Assembly (NCBI RefSeq): GCF_041146345.1
Contig: NW_027191407.1
Location: forward strand, 124,001-188,000
Direction of reading: 5' to 3'
Origin: Neodothiora populina
Lineage: Eukaryota
DNA length: 64,000 nucleotides
Made by a program: the position numbers and the translations under genes. The notes below the pieces were generated by a model. That model saw only the letters and a program-made list of their open reading frames with translations, was not told the DNA's origin and ran no database searches. This document shows, one piece after another, positions 24,919 to 36,616 of the stretch. Position 1 is the stretch's first letter. Every line of letters starts with the position of its first letter.

Positions 24919-25421
24919 CAACAGTTGTTATCTTCAAGAAACTAGAAAGAGGTTCGGTATCACTTTCGGTGTTCGATGACAACATTGACTGCATGCTCCA
25001 AACAACCCGACTGCTTCGCTTAGCGAAGACCATCGTCATAGATGACTGTTATTGCGTGACTGGCTGTTGTCGTCCGTCGTACCGATCACAAGCCAATCGA
25101 CTACGCTTCACTGCAAGACGTGCTGTACATGGTGCATTCCTGCCCGTCTCAAACATCCTGTCGCATTGAGCGGTGTATGAACGATGTCTCGGTGCACCTG
25201 AGTCTCAAACATTCTTAAAACAACAGCTTGAATCTTCAAGAGCGACGAACAAGTCTTCTTGGTAGCACGTAAGAATATCATCAGCCGTAGGTCGGACGTG
25301 CTCGTGAAGCCATCACCATTATCATCTTCAACACTGGTATCCCAGTAAACAATCATATCAAGTATCCCTGAATATCAATAAATCCGACACTACTATCAGA
25401 TCTTGCTATAAGCCCAACACC

Positions 25422-26669
25422 ATGTGTCGGTTTCTTGTGCGTATGATACGGGAGATGGCCAGAAGATTCCAAACAATCTGATGACAATCACAGGTCTACA
25501 AAGGCAAGGAGCCGATTCTCCTCTCTCATCTGATCCTCGATCCAGCACATTCGATTCTCACTCAGTCCTACGATTCACGGTTACGGCTTGACACGCGACG
25601 ACCACACAACGGAGATGGCTTTGGTGTCGGATACTACACCCCTCCCGAATTGCACTCGTTGCTCGGCCCGGACCCATGCATCTTCACCTCGACGATACCC
25701 GCATGGAATTGCACGAACCTAGCTCGCCTTGCGTCCAAGACGGTGTCTCCTTTGGTTTTTGCGCATGTCAGAGCTAGCACGGAGGGAGCTCTCGCCGAGA
25801 TCAACTGTCATCCCTTCAGCAGAGGCTGTTTGATGTGGATGCACAACGGTGGCATCGGCGGTTTCAACGGAGGTGTCAAGAGGAAGCTGGTCAATGATGT
25901 CAAGGACAGGTGGTTCGACGGCGTGGCAGGCAGCACCGATTCAGAGTGGGCTTTTGCCCTGTTCCTAGATTGCCTGGAAAAGCTAGGCTATGACCCGGAC
26001 GGCGTTGAGTATCAGACGCAAGGCTTTGGCCACACAGTATTACGCAAAGCAATCCTCATGGTCATCGAGCGCATCAACGGTTATGTGCGTCAGCTACCCG
26101 AGGAAAAGAGAGATGTCAGTCTGCTCAACTTTGCTGTCACGGACGGCAAGAGCGTTGTTTGCACTCGCTACGTCAGCAGCAAGACCGACGAGGCCGCCAG
26201 TCTTTTCTTTTCTAGCGGCACGAGCTGGACCAAGAAAGCCGGCAAAGGCACTGCTGGCGAGAGCAAAGACGATTACAGAATGGAGCGAAGAGATCGCGGC
26301 GCAGATATTGTGCTTGTGGCCAGTGAACCACTGACTTTCGAGCGAGGTACGTCGCTGCGTTGTTGTAGCCATACTGGCAAGACTAACACTATCGCAGACA
26401 ACTGGGTCACTGTGCCTACGAATAGCACCATCACGATACACAACCAAACGGTACTCATCCATCCCATCCTTGACGAGTTCTATCAGCCTTCGCCGTCGTT
26501 CAAGCGATCCTCCAAGTTCGCTGAGGCCAAGGGTCAGACGACTACCGAGATGGCGGGTGCAGCGCCTGTCGGTACCTCTTCAGGAGAGGTGACGAGGTCG
26601 AGTTCGAGTGTTGACCTCGCGGAGCGGGTTGCAGAAAAGGTGAATCGACTCGGGTTAGCAGCGGCCTAG
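25422..26669 (+). CDS. DUG3: Class II glutamine amidotransferase Dug3 (glutathione degradation)
   Basis: N-terminal MCRFL|VYKG (Ntn nucleophile Cys2), RRPHNGDGFGVGYY, FAHVRAST, NCHPF, MHNG, GSTDSE; introns ~25437-25493 and 26347-26397. Confidence 0.9.
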
Positions 26670-27276
26670 TGTCATGTTTTCATTTTCCGATGAAACTACT
26701 ATAGAGACTGCATCTGCACCTTTTACATATAGTGATATCCCAAGGACCTCTTTGTCAAGCCGATGCAATGGCATTATAACTTGTTGTCATCCAACGAAGC
26801 CGGTCATCAATGCTTCATGGTCTGATATTGATCTAAGCAAGCATCCTAGTCGTAGGACCCGAGCTGGTCACGACTGAGCTGGCTATATCAATACTTATGC
26901 CCATGAATACCAACTATTGCGCCCCAAAGTATTAACAACCTGCTTCATCAGATAGCAAGACAAAAGAATGTAAAACAATGAAGTGACCAAATGTCACGAC
27001 GATATTCCCACGCCGCGGGAGTCGGAGCTCGCCGACATGCAAGTCCGCCGTTCTGCGCTGTGTACCTACCTACCTCCAAGGTAGACAAGCTCCAATGCAA
27101 AAGCAAAGATAGGTAAACGATAAAAAGTAGCATTTCGACCCGTGAGTAACGTACACGATCCTCTGATTTTTTTTACCCTCCTGTACTGTCTCAATCTCCT
27201 CCGTACACATCAAAAGAAACCTTCCAAAGAAAACAAAACGTCGTGCGACGACACACAACAAGCACGCAGAAAAACC

Positions 27277-27729
27277 ATGGCTCAGCAAGCACCACGACCA
27301 TTCATCACCTGCCACGTGCTCGAGACCGTGGCAGGCCGACCGGCGGCGAATATGGCCGTCAGCCTGACTCTGATCTCGCCGACTCCCTCATCAGCGAGCA
27401 ACAACGCGACGTTCACAGCGACGACCAATTCCGACGGCCGAGTCACGGCGTGGTCTCCCTCTCCTTCTTCTTCTTCATCTTCTTCTTCGACGACGAGGAC
27501 GACGACGACGACGACTCTAGAAGCCACGATCGAAGACGCGAAGAAACAGTTGGGCAACGAGGAGCAGATGGTGTGGAGCATTCGGTTCCAGACGGGAGAG
27601 TTCTATGGGGCGGGAAAGACGTTCTGGCCTGAGGTCGAGCTGAGGTTTTTCACGGCATTGACGGAGTTGCATTATCATGTTCCGTTGCTGCTGGGCCCGT
27701 GGAGTTATACTACTTATCGCGGGTCTTAG
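27277..27729 (+). CDS. 5-hydroxyisourate hydrolase (transthyretin-like protein)
   Basis: ITCHVLETVAGRPA, TNSDGRV, FWPEVELRF, HYHVPLLLGPWSYTTYRGS* signature. Confidence 0.93.
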   Translation: MAQQAPRPFITCHVLETVAGRPAANMAVSLTLISPTPSSASNNATFTATTNSDGRVTAWSPSPSSSSSSSSTTRTTTTTTLEATIEDAKKQLGNEEQMVWSIRFQTGEFYGAGKTFWPEVELRFFTALTELHYHVPLLLGPWSYTTYRGS

Positions 27730-27986
27730 ATGTGTCATGATGCGCGGAACGGCACCGTGATATAGATGAAGAAGGAAATGAGATTCTTCTTCGCCATGAG
27801 CAATCGGGTAGATCCAGGAGCTTGTCCTGTAGCGGAAGAAGGTCTCTATAAGTGCTTGTGCAAAGCACACCACGCTCAGACATGTGGACTGTGAAACTAG
27901 TATTTATACATCTGAACGTCTCTCTCCGCCTGTCTATTTTTATCAACTCTTTTAGTACAGTATCATCGAGGCCGTGACTGCATCGA

Positions 27987-28787
27987 TCAACCTCTGGTAG
28001 TCTTTCGTTCTTCGGCTCTTCTCTTGGACCTGACTTCTGCCTTTCTCCTCTCACCACCGTCGATCTTGTGACCTCTCTTCTGCTCCCATAGACCTTCCTT
28101 GGCAACAATGGCAGCGACACCGGTCTTGCCCTTGACAGTCTCGATGTGCGGGCCGGCGATGACGCTCGCCTTGATGATCTTGACACCTCGGACAGGCTTG
28201 AGCTTCTCCGGCGGCGGCAGCTGAGCGGCAGGGGCAGCGACGCCATCTTCTCCGTTCACCGCGGGGACATTGACGACGATTTTCCTCATTCCAGGCGAAG
28301 AGGTCAACGTCGCCTTGCCCGTCCCCGCCGCCGCCTTCGCATCCCCCGGCCTCTCGACAGGCACCTCGACAATCTTGAGCTCGCCCCGTCCGTTCTCGTC
28401 GACAAAGTCCAGGTCTCCGCCAATGCCAAACTCTCCGTTTCTGAACCTCTCGCGCCAGTGAAGCAGGTAGCGTCTGCTGCGCGCGGGCTCGATACCGCTC
28501 TCGCGTAGCTGGGCCGACGACAGAGAGAAAAGTGATTCCCAGTCAGGAAACTTGGCGCTGTGTTGGGACATGTTGCGGCCGATCAGAGTCAGGAATGTCG
28601 ATGGGTCTGGCACGAAGGGAGTGGGTTTGGGGATGCGTGGCGGCGGCATGGTGGCGTGTAGACAGCGTAGTTGTTGCGCGGGCTTGTGGATCGAGGCGGA
28701 AGGGCTCCATTGTGTCGGTATTGGGGAGGTGGATCTGAGGATGGCCGAGGTGGTTGTGGTGGTGAGGGGACGCCGTGTGGCCATCAT
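27987..28787 (-). CDS. FYV4: Mitochondrial small ribosomal subunit protein mS41 (IGR domain)
   Basis: PTPFVPDPSTFLTLIGRNM, LSSAQLRESGIEPARSRRYLLHWRERFR, GHKIDGGERR; Arg/Thr-rich presequence. Confidence 0.85.
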   Translation of the reverse strand: MMATRRPLTTTTTSAILRSTSPIPTQWSPSASIHKPAQQLRCLHATMPPPRIPKPTPFVPDPSTFLTLIGRNMSQHSAKFPDWESLFSLSSAQLRESGIEPARSRRYLLHWRERFRNGEFGIGGDLDFVDENGRGELKIVEVPVERPGDAKAAAGTGKATLTSSPGMRKIVVNVPAVNGEDGVAAPAAQLPPPEKLKPVRGVKIIKASVIAGPHIETVKGKTGVAAIVAKEGLWEQKRGHKIDGGERRKAEVRSKRRAEERKTTRG

Positions 28788-28877
28788 GATGGAGGGTAGA
28801 CCGTGTGGTTGTATCCAGGCAATTGCTGACGTAGTCGCTATGTCGACAGTGCAGCTGAGAACAGCTAGATATATTTC

Positions 28878-28911
28878 AGGTGGAGGTGGAGGTGGAGGTG
28901 GAGGTGGAGGT
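28878..28911 (+). repeat. (AGGTGG)5+ microsatellite in the FYV4/KEI1 divergent intergenic region
   Basis: aggtggaggtggaggtggaggtggaggtggaggtg read directly. Confidence 0.9.
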
Positions 28912-29304
28912 GCTGCAGATGCTCGCAGTAGAGAATCGGTAGAGCAGCCTGACTTCCTTCGTACAGAACAATAATTAGTGGAAGGTGCTCTGCTCTCTGC
29001 TTGCAGCAACGGCAACAGCACCAGATTGCAGATTGCAGATTGCCCTAATGATTTTCTGTCTTTCTGTGGTCCGTGCATCGTTTCTGCTAAACGCCAAGGA
29101 TATTCATATCCGACACGCCCGTCGTCTTCGTCGACTGCGCCATGATTCAAAGCACAGTTGCTGCCTGTCAATCCTGACAACAATAAACTGCCATACCGAC
29201 ATACCTACTCGTCTTTTTCTGTTGACCGGAAACTCGCCCACGACTACTTCGCTCCAACCTCTGGTCTACACAGGAAACAGCCGTCCGCGGGAACCACCGG
29301 AAGC

Positions 29305-30316
29305 ATGGCCTTCCACCTGATACCACGGCCAAAGGTGAGGAATTTCATAAATCACAATTCCAACTCTAAAGACTGATGATGGATTGCCGCAGACCTTCCT
29401 CTACCTCATCTCATTGAGAACAGCAACCGAACTCATCATCTTCACCCTGCTCATCAACAAAGTCTCCGGTCTCTATGGCCTCCTGGCTCTCCTCACGGGC
29501 TACCACCTCTCCGCTGTGCAGCTGTCCATGTACATCTACTCGATCATCATTTTCGCACTCGTGTGCTACCTCGCTCCTCACATCAAGCGTCAATCGCCCC
29601 TGCAATGTCTCGCCCTCGCCTGGATCTACATCTTCGACTCCCTCATCAACGCAGCCTACACAGCCCTGTTCGGCACCACCTGGTTCATCCTGCTGGCGCG
29701 CCACCTCGGCGACGGCACCCCGGCGCAGCCGCAAGGCCCCGGCGGCAAGATGATGAACGACACAGCCGGCTTCACCGACCCGGAGACAAACGTCAGCAGA
29801 GTCGACGTCGTCGCCACGCCCGCGGCAGGACTCCTTGCAGGCCAGGACGCAGTCGCCGTGGGCAAGCACGACGCCTCTTCAGCCACGCTGGGCAGCGCCG
29901 TCTTCCAAGGCGGCAGCATCATGAGCATCACCGCCATCTGCATGCTGTGGATGGTCCGCGTCTACTTCTGCCTCATCGTCATGGCCTACGCCCGCGGCGT
30001 GCTGCGGCAGTACATCGTCACCATGTCTGCGTCGAGCTACGGTGGATCCGACAGGTCTGACCTGGCCGAGAACCCCTTCGCACCAGGCCGTGAGCAAGGA
30101 GAGGGCTGCAAGGGCGCGCTCGGTCGCGCCATGACCCGTGTTTTGCAGAACTACTGGCTCGGCAAGGACGACGAGGACGAGTGGGTCAGAGGCGCCGGAG
30201 ATAGATTCAGACGCCTGGCCATCAAGGTCCCTGAGCCTGGAGTCGGCGAGAGGGAGAGGAGAGCTCGCAGCGGTACGGGCCCGCCTGTGCCGCTCAAGAA
30301 GATGGAGAAGCCTTGA
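29305..30316 (+). CDS. KEI1: Inositolphosphorylceramide synthase regulatory subunit Kei1 (DUF1753)
   Basis: MAFHLIPRPK|TFLYLISLRTATELI..LLINKVSGLYGLLALLTG; four hydrophobic segments; intron 29335-29392. Confidence 0.82.
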
Positions 30317-30515
30317 TCTCCTCTTCTCCTGGTCCTTCCATCGGATAATTATATGTAATATGGGTTCCCTGGAGTGTGGTCACGGGTATTAATGTACGTT
30401 ATTCGCGAACCGTGAATCAAAAAGCAGCGGCTCGAATGCCCAATTCCATCACGCTACTCGCACTTTGGATACACGACATCAGTAGATATGGGGCATTTCT
30501 TGACCATGTGACATT

Positions 30516-31661
30516 TCAGAGTGGAGGAAGAGTGATGGTGCCCTTCCTCATCTTCTTCCTAGGGTCAGGCGTGCTACTTCTAGAATTCGGCTGCGATCCA
30601 CTGTTCTCTCTATAGATGCTTTCTCTCCTGTGCTTCCTCCCGTGACTGCTGTGAGGCGCCGCGGGCTTCTCCAGGTCTGGCGGAGAGGTGGAGTGGAATG
30701 TCTTCTGCCATCCTCTCCATCCTGTCCACCACAAAAGTCCTCCCTCTTGTCGAGCGAGCTGCCGTTTTCGCTGCTTGACTATGGACCGTAGGTGGGCGCG
30801 GCGTTCGTTCTCTTTCTCCCAATAGGTAGCGCGGTGAGTGTCCCAGTCTTCTCGGAAGTCCGGTGAGAAAGGTTTCGGCAAAAGCAACAGTTTCACCGCA
30901 TCTCCACCAGGTGCAATGTCCTCTTCCACCCATAGTTCGCGACGGCTGCGCTCCCAGAGACGTGATAGATCTTTTTCGTTGTTTGCGTGGCTTCGCTCGA
31001 TGTCCTTGGGTACAAGCTCAAAGTTCATGCCTCGCACCTTGCCGCTCAGCAAGTCATTGAAGAGCAGATAGGCAAATAACTCGTGCCACCAGCTTTTCCG
31101 GATGATGACAAGTTTGAGATTGAAGCCTCTCAGTCCGCGATTTGTGATTGCGACCCAGCGGCGAGGCCATCGTACTCCTCTATCCCACATGCCCGTTCCC
31201 CACACCAACCCGGCCGTGACGACGCCGCCGACCCATCCCAGTCGTTCCGCCATGTCAACCACCCAGTACGGAGATCCTCCCGCGCCCTTGCCATCCTCGC
31301 GGGGGCGTAGAAACAGCAGATAGGTGAACGTGATCAACCAGGCGGCCAAGGCAGTCATGAGGACGAGGTAAAGGCGTAGTCTGGCGCGCAACGAGAGATA
31401 TTGTGCGCGCAGCGAAGCCTCGAGGATGAGCAGGTTTTGGTATATGCATTCGGGCGACGATGGAAGATTGGAGAGCGGGTCGTGGACGGACGTGGGTGCG
31501 GGCAGAGCCACAGAGTGCGGTGGGATGGACGAGGTGGTCGAAGAGGCAGAGGCGGATGAATAGCGACGGGCGGACTGAGCGACTTGGTCGGCCGAAACAT
31601 TGGGTGGTGGTGCACCTTTGACGATGCGATCGATCTGGGACGCCGGCCGATTGACGCTCAT
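30516..31661 (-). CDS. SPO7: Spo7, regulatory subunit of the Nem1-Spo7 phosphatase
   Basis: PSSPECIYQNLLILEASLRAQY, two TM segments, RWVAITNRGLRGFNLKL, VKLLLLPKPFSPDFREDWDTHR..YWEKE. Confidence 0.88.
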   Translation of the reverse strand: MSVNRPASQIDRIVKGAPPPNVSADQVAQSARRYSSASASSTTSSIPPHSVALPAPTSVHDPLSNLPSSPECIYQNLLILEASLRAQYLSLRARLRLYLVLMTALAAWLITFTYLLFLRPREDGKGAGGSPYWVVDMAERLGWVGGVVTAGLVWGTGMWDRGVRWPRRWVAITNRGLRGFNLKLVIIRKSWWHELFAYLLFNDLLSGKVRGMNFELVPKDIERSHANNEKDLSRLWERSRRELWVEEDIAPGGDAVKLLLLPKPFSPDFREDWDTHRATYWEKENERRAHLRSIVKQRKRQLARQEGGLLWWTGWRGWQKTFHSTSPPDLEKPAAPHSSHGRKHRRESIYRENSGSQPNSRSSTPDPRKKMRKGTITLPPL

Positions 31662-32442
31662 GTTGGCGTTGGGCGTCATACCTATCATACCGGAAGGAAG
31701 ACAGCAGAAGGGCGGTATGCGTTCCAGAGACGTTGTTGTCACAAGCGCTTATGGAAAGATGGCATGGATCGTTCAAGACATGACGTGTGATGGATGTCTC
31801 CGGGCAGAACACAAGAGCAGAGCAGAGGTATGTCAGAAATGCATACGAACAAGTGGTTCGATGGACAAGGTATAAAAGCGATTGAGCCGGATATTGGAAG
31901 AATGAATTCGCTACACACTTTTCTCGCCCATTCTATTATGGAAGTCACAGTAAGGTCGGGCAGGTACGAGTGATGCAAGTACAGCACCGAGTAAGGTACC
32001 TTAGATATGGGGCAGGTTTTGGCGAAGAGGTTTCCCTCGGCTTGTGTAAATGGAATCGCAGTCGTGACCCCACATACTGATACAAGAATGGACTCCAGCG
32101 AATCCCAGAGTTCGTGAAACACAATGAAACGTACAGGTAGGAATATTGCTTCTATGTTCATTGATGAGTCGTCCAGTATATGTATATTCGATGACATATT
32201 ATGCCGCGAATCGCTACTGTTGGCAAATCGACTCCATCGTCACCCACATCCAATTGTCTATACTGGCTTTCCATGAATGAGATAATCAGACTATGCAATG
32301 GGCACCTTGACATAGTATTTATTCAGGTGACCTGACCAAGTTGTCCAAGTCCCCTTTTGTTGAAGTTTCCCGTACTTTTGCTGGTGTCACTTTAGTCTTC
32401 TATAGTTACATACAATACAGTATCTGCCGATACACATAGGCT

Positions 32443-34277
32443 CTACCTGTTGAGCTTTTGGGATGTGAAAAACACATGCAAGAAACCGAGCCAACTTCCC
32501 ACTACGCCGATTGCAGAGTAGGAACTTATGAACATCAATGGCAAGAACTCGAATCTGCTACCAAAGATGATCTGGTGGACCAATGAGCAGTACACAATCA
32601 ATGGGATGGCTACCACGATGTACAGTAGAGTGAAACGATCGAGCAAAAATACCCTTGGTCGGGCAGCCCTGAGGTAAAGGTCAGCTAGGTCCCGTGAGAC
32701 GATGATTGAATATAGACTTACGCAGGAGCCAGACGATCGCCGACAAGCAAGAATGTTACCAACCAGAACACTGTGTAGATTGTCTTGATGGGAAACTCTT
32801 GCATGGTGAACAATAGAGGGAAAAGAGAGACGTGTCCAGAGACTGCAAGCGGTCTGAAGGCACCGAGGTATCGGCGATCCTTGAGTGCGACCAGACTGAA
32901 TGGGATCAACACAAGCAGAATCGCTTTCTCGTGAACATGCCACCCGAATAGGAAAGAAGCATAACCGCACAGAGTGATTGTGCCTACGAAAAGATCCCAT
33001 GTTGGCTTGACAAAAAAGACGGCAAGAAGAGGAGGCTTGAAAATAAGTCAGCACAGTGCTAAGTGAATCTTGAGGCATAAACTTACAGCCTGCACGGCTA
33101 AGGTTAGAATAAACGTCAATCTTGGAGGAATGTCAGGGAGGACGGCAAAAGCAGTATCCCCAACAAGCCCTCTGGTGACACTCGTTACGGCGTCAGCATT
33201 GACAGGAAGGTTGAGGTACGGTGCCACTGCAAGCGTCAGTATGGAACACACTTTGCGAATCCAGTGCAGAACTCACAGTAGATTAGCACTCTATCAGTGA
33301 ACGAGTACATTGCCCAGACGTTGGGCGCCCAGTAAGCATGGCACAGGCCCCTTGAAAAGGGGAAGAGGCGGCTAAGCAATTGCTCTGTTTGTCCCCAGTA
33401 TACGAAAGGTCCGAAAGCCAGCGCAAAGACTGCCACCAAACCAACACCGAGCTTGACACAATTCCAGAACCGGATCCTCGGCAAGGTGTATCGGAAGTCA
33501 ACACAGTATACTCTGAGCAGGTAGACGAAGTATGCTGGTGCCAAGTACAAGTAGATGTGCTTGAAACATAAGAGAATGGCAAACAGGATTCCACTCAGTA
33601 ACAGGCCACGTGGCTCACGAGCAAGTACGATAGAAAGAATCAGCATGCCGTAGAGGAAGCCATTGTACTGGAAATGGATATGGTCGATTATTAGTAACCC
33701 AGGAGACAGGAAGATTGAGATGGCAGCCGCATGCGAAGTCTTCCGAGAACTCGGTGGGGAGCCTTTGACATAGCTGCGTACCAATCAGCGGTGGCGCCTA
33801 TGTTGTGATTCTCCACAAGACATACAGATAGAGTGCAAGGAGCAGAACAAGCTCGGTAACCAGTACTGTGGCTCTCTGGAAGTAGACGGTGCGCCAACTA
33901 TCATAGTTCAGGTTCTGGACCTGAAGCATCTCGGGGTCAACGTATCTCGCCGCTTGGGACATTGCCCATTCGAACGCTGCGAAGAAAGGAGGATAGTCGA
34001 GAGTCCATTCTGAAGTTTGCTAGATCATGTAAATATGGGACCACCTTCGGTATGGAGTGCTTCACGAACCTCATAGTACCATTCTCGCACAGGCAAGGAA
34101 TGAGTGATGGCAAGCCAATTCCGATGGACCTCGAAGTCGGTGGACTTGCTACACCCCTGTAAGCCAATGAGTGTGTGAGCGGGTTTTTTTCAGAACATAC
34201 TAAGCCGGCCATAGAAGGATTTTTAGAGCAGTAGCTACTACCGCACACTGCGATAACGACGGATAAAATTCCAACAT
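32443..34277 (-). CDS. ALG8: Dolichyl-P-Glc alpha-1,3-glucosyltransferase Alg8 (multi-exon)
   Basis: [91 protein letters not shown]. Confidence 0.93.
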
Positions 34278-34697
34278 GCTTCAATATTCGTCCATTTGTT
34301 ATCGCAAACAATTCGGTCTTCTTCTATTCCAGTGGATTATTTATGTCAAGGTACTTTAGGTACGTCGCGGGATATTTGGAGATTCTTATCTAATCTAATC
34401 TAATCTCCGTGTCATGTCTGACATTACTGTCACGAGATTGACCAAAGTAGTCGATCTAGTCTTTATTTACCTATCTTTCTTACTTTTGATACGTTCATAT
34501 CAGGTAGGAATTAAGGTTGATTGGAGTGGTCTTAACTTGGCGGTGGAAAACACTGCGTTGTCTCTAGCCATACAGTTCGGTGGAAAACTCAGGTGCATGT
34601 TCTTGTTCATGTTCATCGTAGCATCGTAGCCTTCCTCGCCTCTATAATAATATACACATTAAGTACACACCCACTCTCTCTTGCAAGATGATCGGAT

Positions 34698-35585
34698 TCA
34701 CGTCTCGACCTCCTCCATAGCTCCAGCCTCGACAGCAACAGCCACCCCCTTGTCATCTCCACTACCACCACCAGCACCAGCACCAGCACCAGTGTTTGAA
34801 GCAAAAGAAGACGCATCCGCCGCCAGTCCAGCAAGCCGTCCCAAAACCTCCCTTTGGCTCTTGATCTTCCGTTCCAGTTCTTGTATCTCGACATTTTGGT
34901 CGGCAATCGAGCGGTCCATGTCGCCTAGTTTCGACAGTTCTTGCAGTGCGCGGCGAATCTTTGATTTTATCGGCTGTGAGGCGATTTGAATCTCTTTGTA
35001 GGGGAGTTCGTCGCGTTGGTTCGCGGGGGGTGTGGTTGTTGCTGATGATGCTGTGGTTGGTTGGGATTGGGATTGTGTCGTTGACGCCAGAGTCGCGGAG
35101 TTGGGGATCGCTGATGTAGAGGATGGGGGAGCGGTCTGTGGACTCGTGTTTGTTGTTGAAGAAATCGCAGCATTGGTTGAGGAAGATGTCTGCTGCGATA
35201 GAGACGATGGTCCAGGTACTGTGCCTGTCCTAGAGACACTCGAGTCGAAAGAGACGCTCGGAGTAGTGGTGGTAGTGGTGGCATTGTTGTGGATCGCGTT
35301 GGCTGTGACGATGGGGTCGTTTGTGTAGTGATTCAGAGTGGGTTCCAGTCGCGACAGCAGAGCGTGGAGAGGCGGAAGGATGTCAAATGTTTGAGGCGGC
35401 GGTAGAGGTGGTTGTTGAGTCGTCGTCGGTGATCTTGACGTCGTCGTCGGCATACCTGTGAGGTTGGACTTTTTGTTTGATGTGAGGACTGATGCTGCTG
35501 CGCTTGACGGTAGAGGAAATGGTTGGCCTTGAGGCGGTACTGAGGGAGCGGCTGAGGGTGGTGTTGCTGATGTTTGTGCTGACAT
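34698..35585 (-). CDS. MED9: Mediator subunit Med9/Cse2 with long S/T/P low-complexity segments
   Basis: PPPQTFDILPPLHALLSRL and IKSKIRRA...LGDMDRSIADQNVEIQELERKIKSQREVL. Confidence 0.75.
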   Translation of the reverse strand: MSAQTSATPPSAAPSVPPQGQPFPLPSSAAASVLTSNKKSNLTGMPTTTSRSPTTTQQPPLPPPQTFDILPPLHALLSRLEPTLNHYTNDPIVTANAIHNNATTTTTTPSVSFDSSVSRTGTVPGPSSLSQQTSSSTNAAISSTTNTSPQTAPPSSTSAIPNSATLASTTQSQSQPTTASSATTTPPANQRDELPYKEIQIASQPIKSKIRRALQELSKLGDMDRSIADQNVEIQELERKIKSQREVLGRLAGLAADASSFASNTGAGAGAGGGSGDDKGVAVAVEAGAMEEVET

Positions 35586-36616
35586 TTCTCTCTCAGAAGA
35601 AAAGAGATTGTCGCAGAGGCGATTGTTTGAGGATGGATGTCTTGGCTTCACTTTGGCATAAAATGAATGCTTGTCTGAATTAAGAAGTCGCGAGTTGTAA
35701 ATTGCGGGTAATTGGTGACGGACCTCGGAGGTTAAACCCATTGACTATTCTGCACCCCACATACTGTATCCGTAATTAGGTCGGACCCTCTTGTTGCACA
35801 TTGACTTTTTGGGCGTAGCTGCGGCCGAGGGGGGACCCTGTTCACAAACACACAGCTAAAGCCACAAATTCAGCGCTTGCTGCAAGAGATGTCTTCGATA
35901 CCGTTCGACTTGACTATGCTATGATTTTGTCATGCGCAGCATACTCCGTTATCATCTCTCTATCGATTTGCAGCACTTACTTCTCAGGCGATACGTTGTT
36001 AGCCACATGCTCCTCAGAAACCTTGCAACCGCGGAAACGTCGTCAGGGGTGAGGGAACAGGCACAATATTCCATACGAAGTAGGTACTCGTAAGTCCGCT
36101 GAGTTGCTCTTTGCTAGATTCGATAACGTGCGCATTTAGAGGAATCATTACTATGTGGCGAGTATACCATCCAGCGTCCAAGATCCCAAAGCATCAGTAT
36201 AATCATTCCCATTAGTCAATTGCAATACCCGACGCTGGAGTGGTGCTGACAGATATGTACGAGTACGCCGGTGGTTTCTGCAGCAAGCTTGTTGCAATTC
36301 ATTGCAATAAGCTGCTGATATTGCCATTCAATGCAAATGGCGTTTAGGGACACCCATCGATGTGTTTGCAATTGACTTTCAAGAGGAAAGCTAGGCTTAT
36401 TGCGCGAAGAGTAGTAGTATATAACCTCCATTCCATATCATCGATGGTACTGGTATTCTATTCAGATTCCCAACATTGCAAAGCATTCAATCAAACAAAT
36501 ACTTGCAGAACATTCCCACTTTACCCATTGAATCGAAGTTTCACAAGAAAACCCCAATTCACTTACTCACTTATCACTTGACACGGAAAATTCCCAAAGA
36601 CTCGACAAACTTCACC

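Noticed and set aside
27181..27213. PTS2-like CLNLLRTHQ in frame upstream of HIU hydrolase, with a CTG before it
   Set aside because: Two key positions mismatch the consensus (C for R, Q for L) and the CTG context is poor. It could be a decayed signal but cannot be supported.
28788..29183. N-terminal 130-aa extension of the FYV4 ORF containing poly-Pro
   Set aside because: The poly-Pro is just the translated (AGGTGG)n microsatellite, and a presequence-like start exists at 28787/28784.
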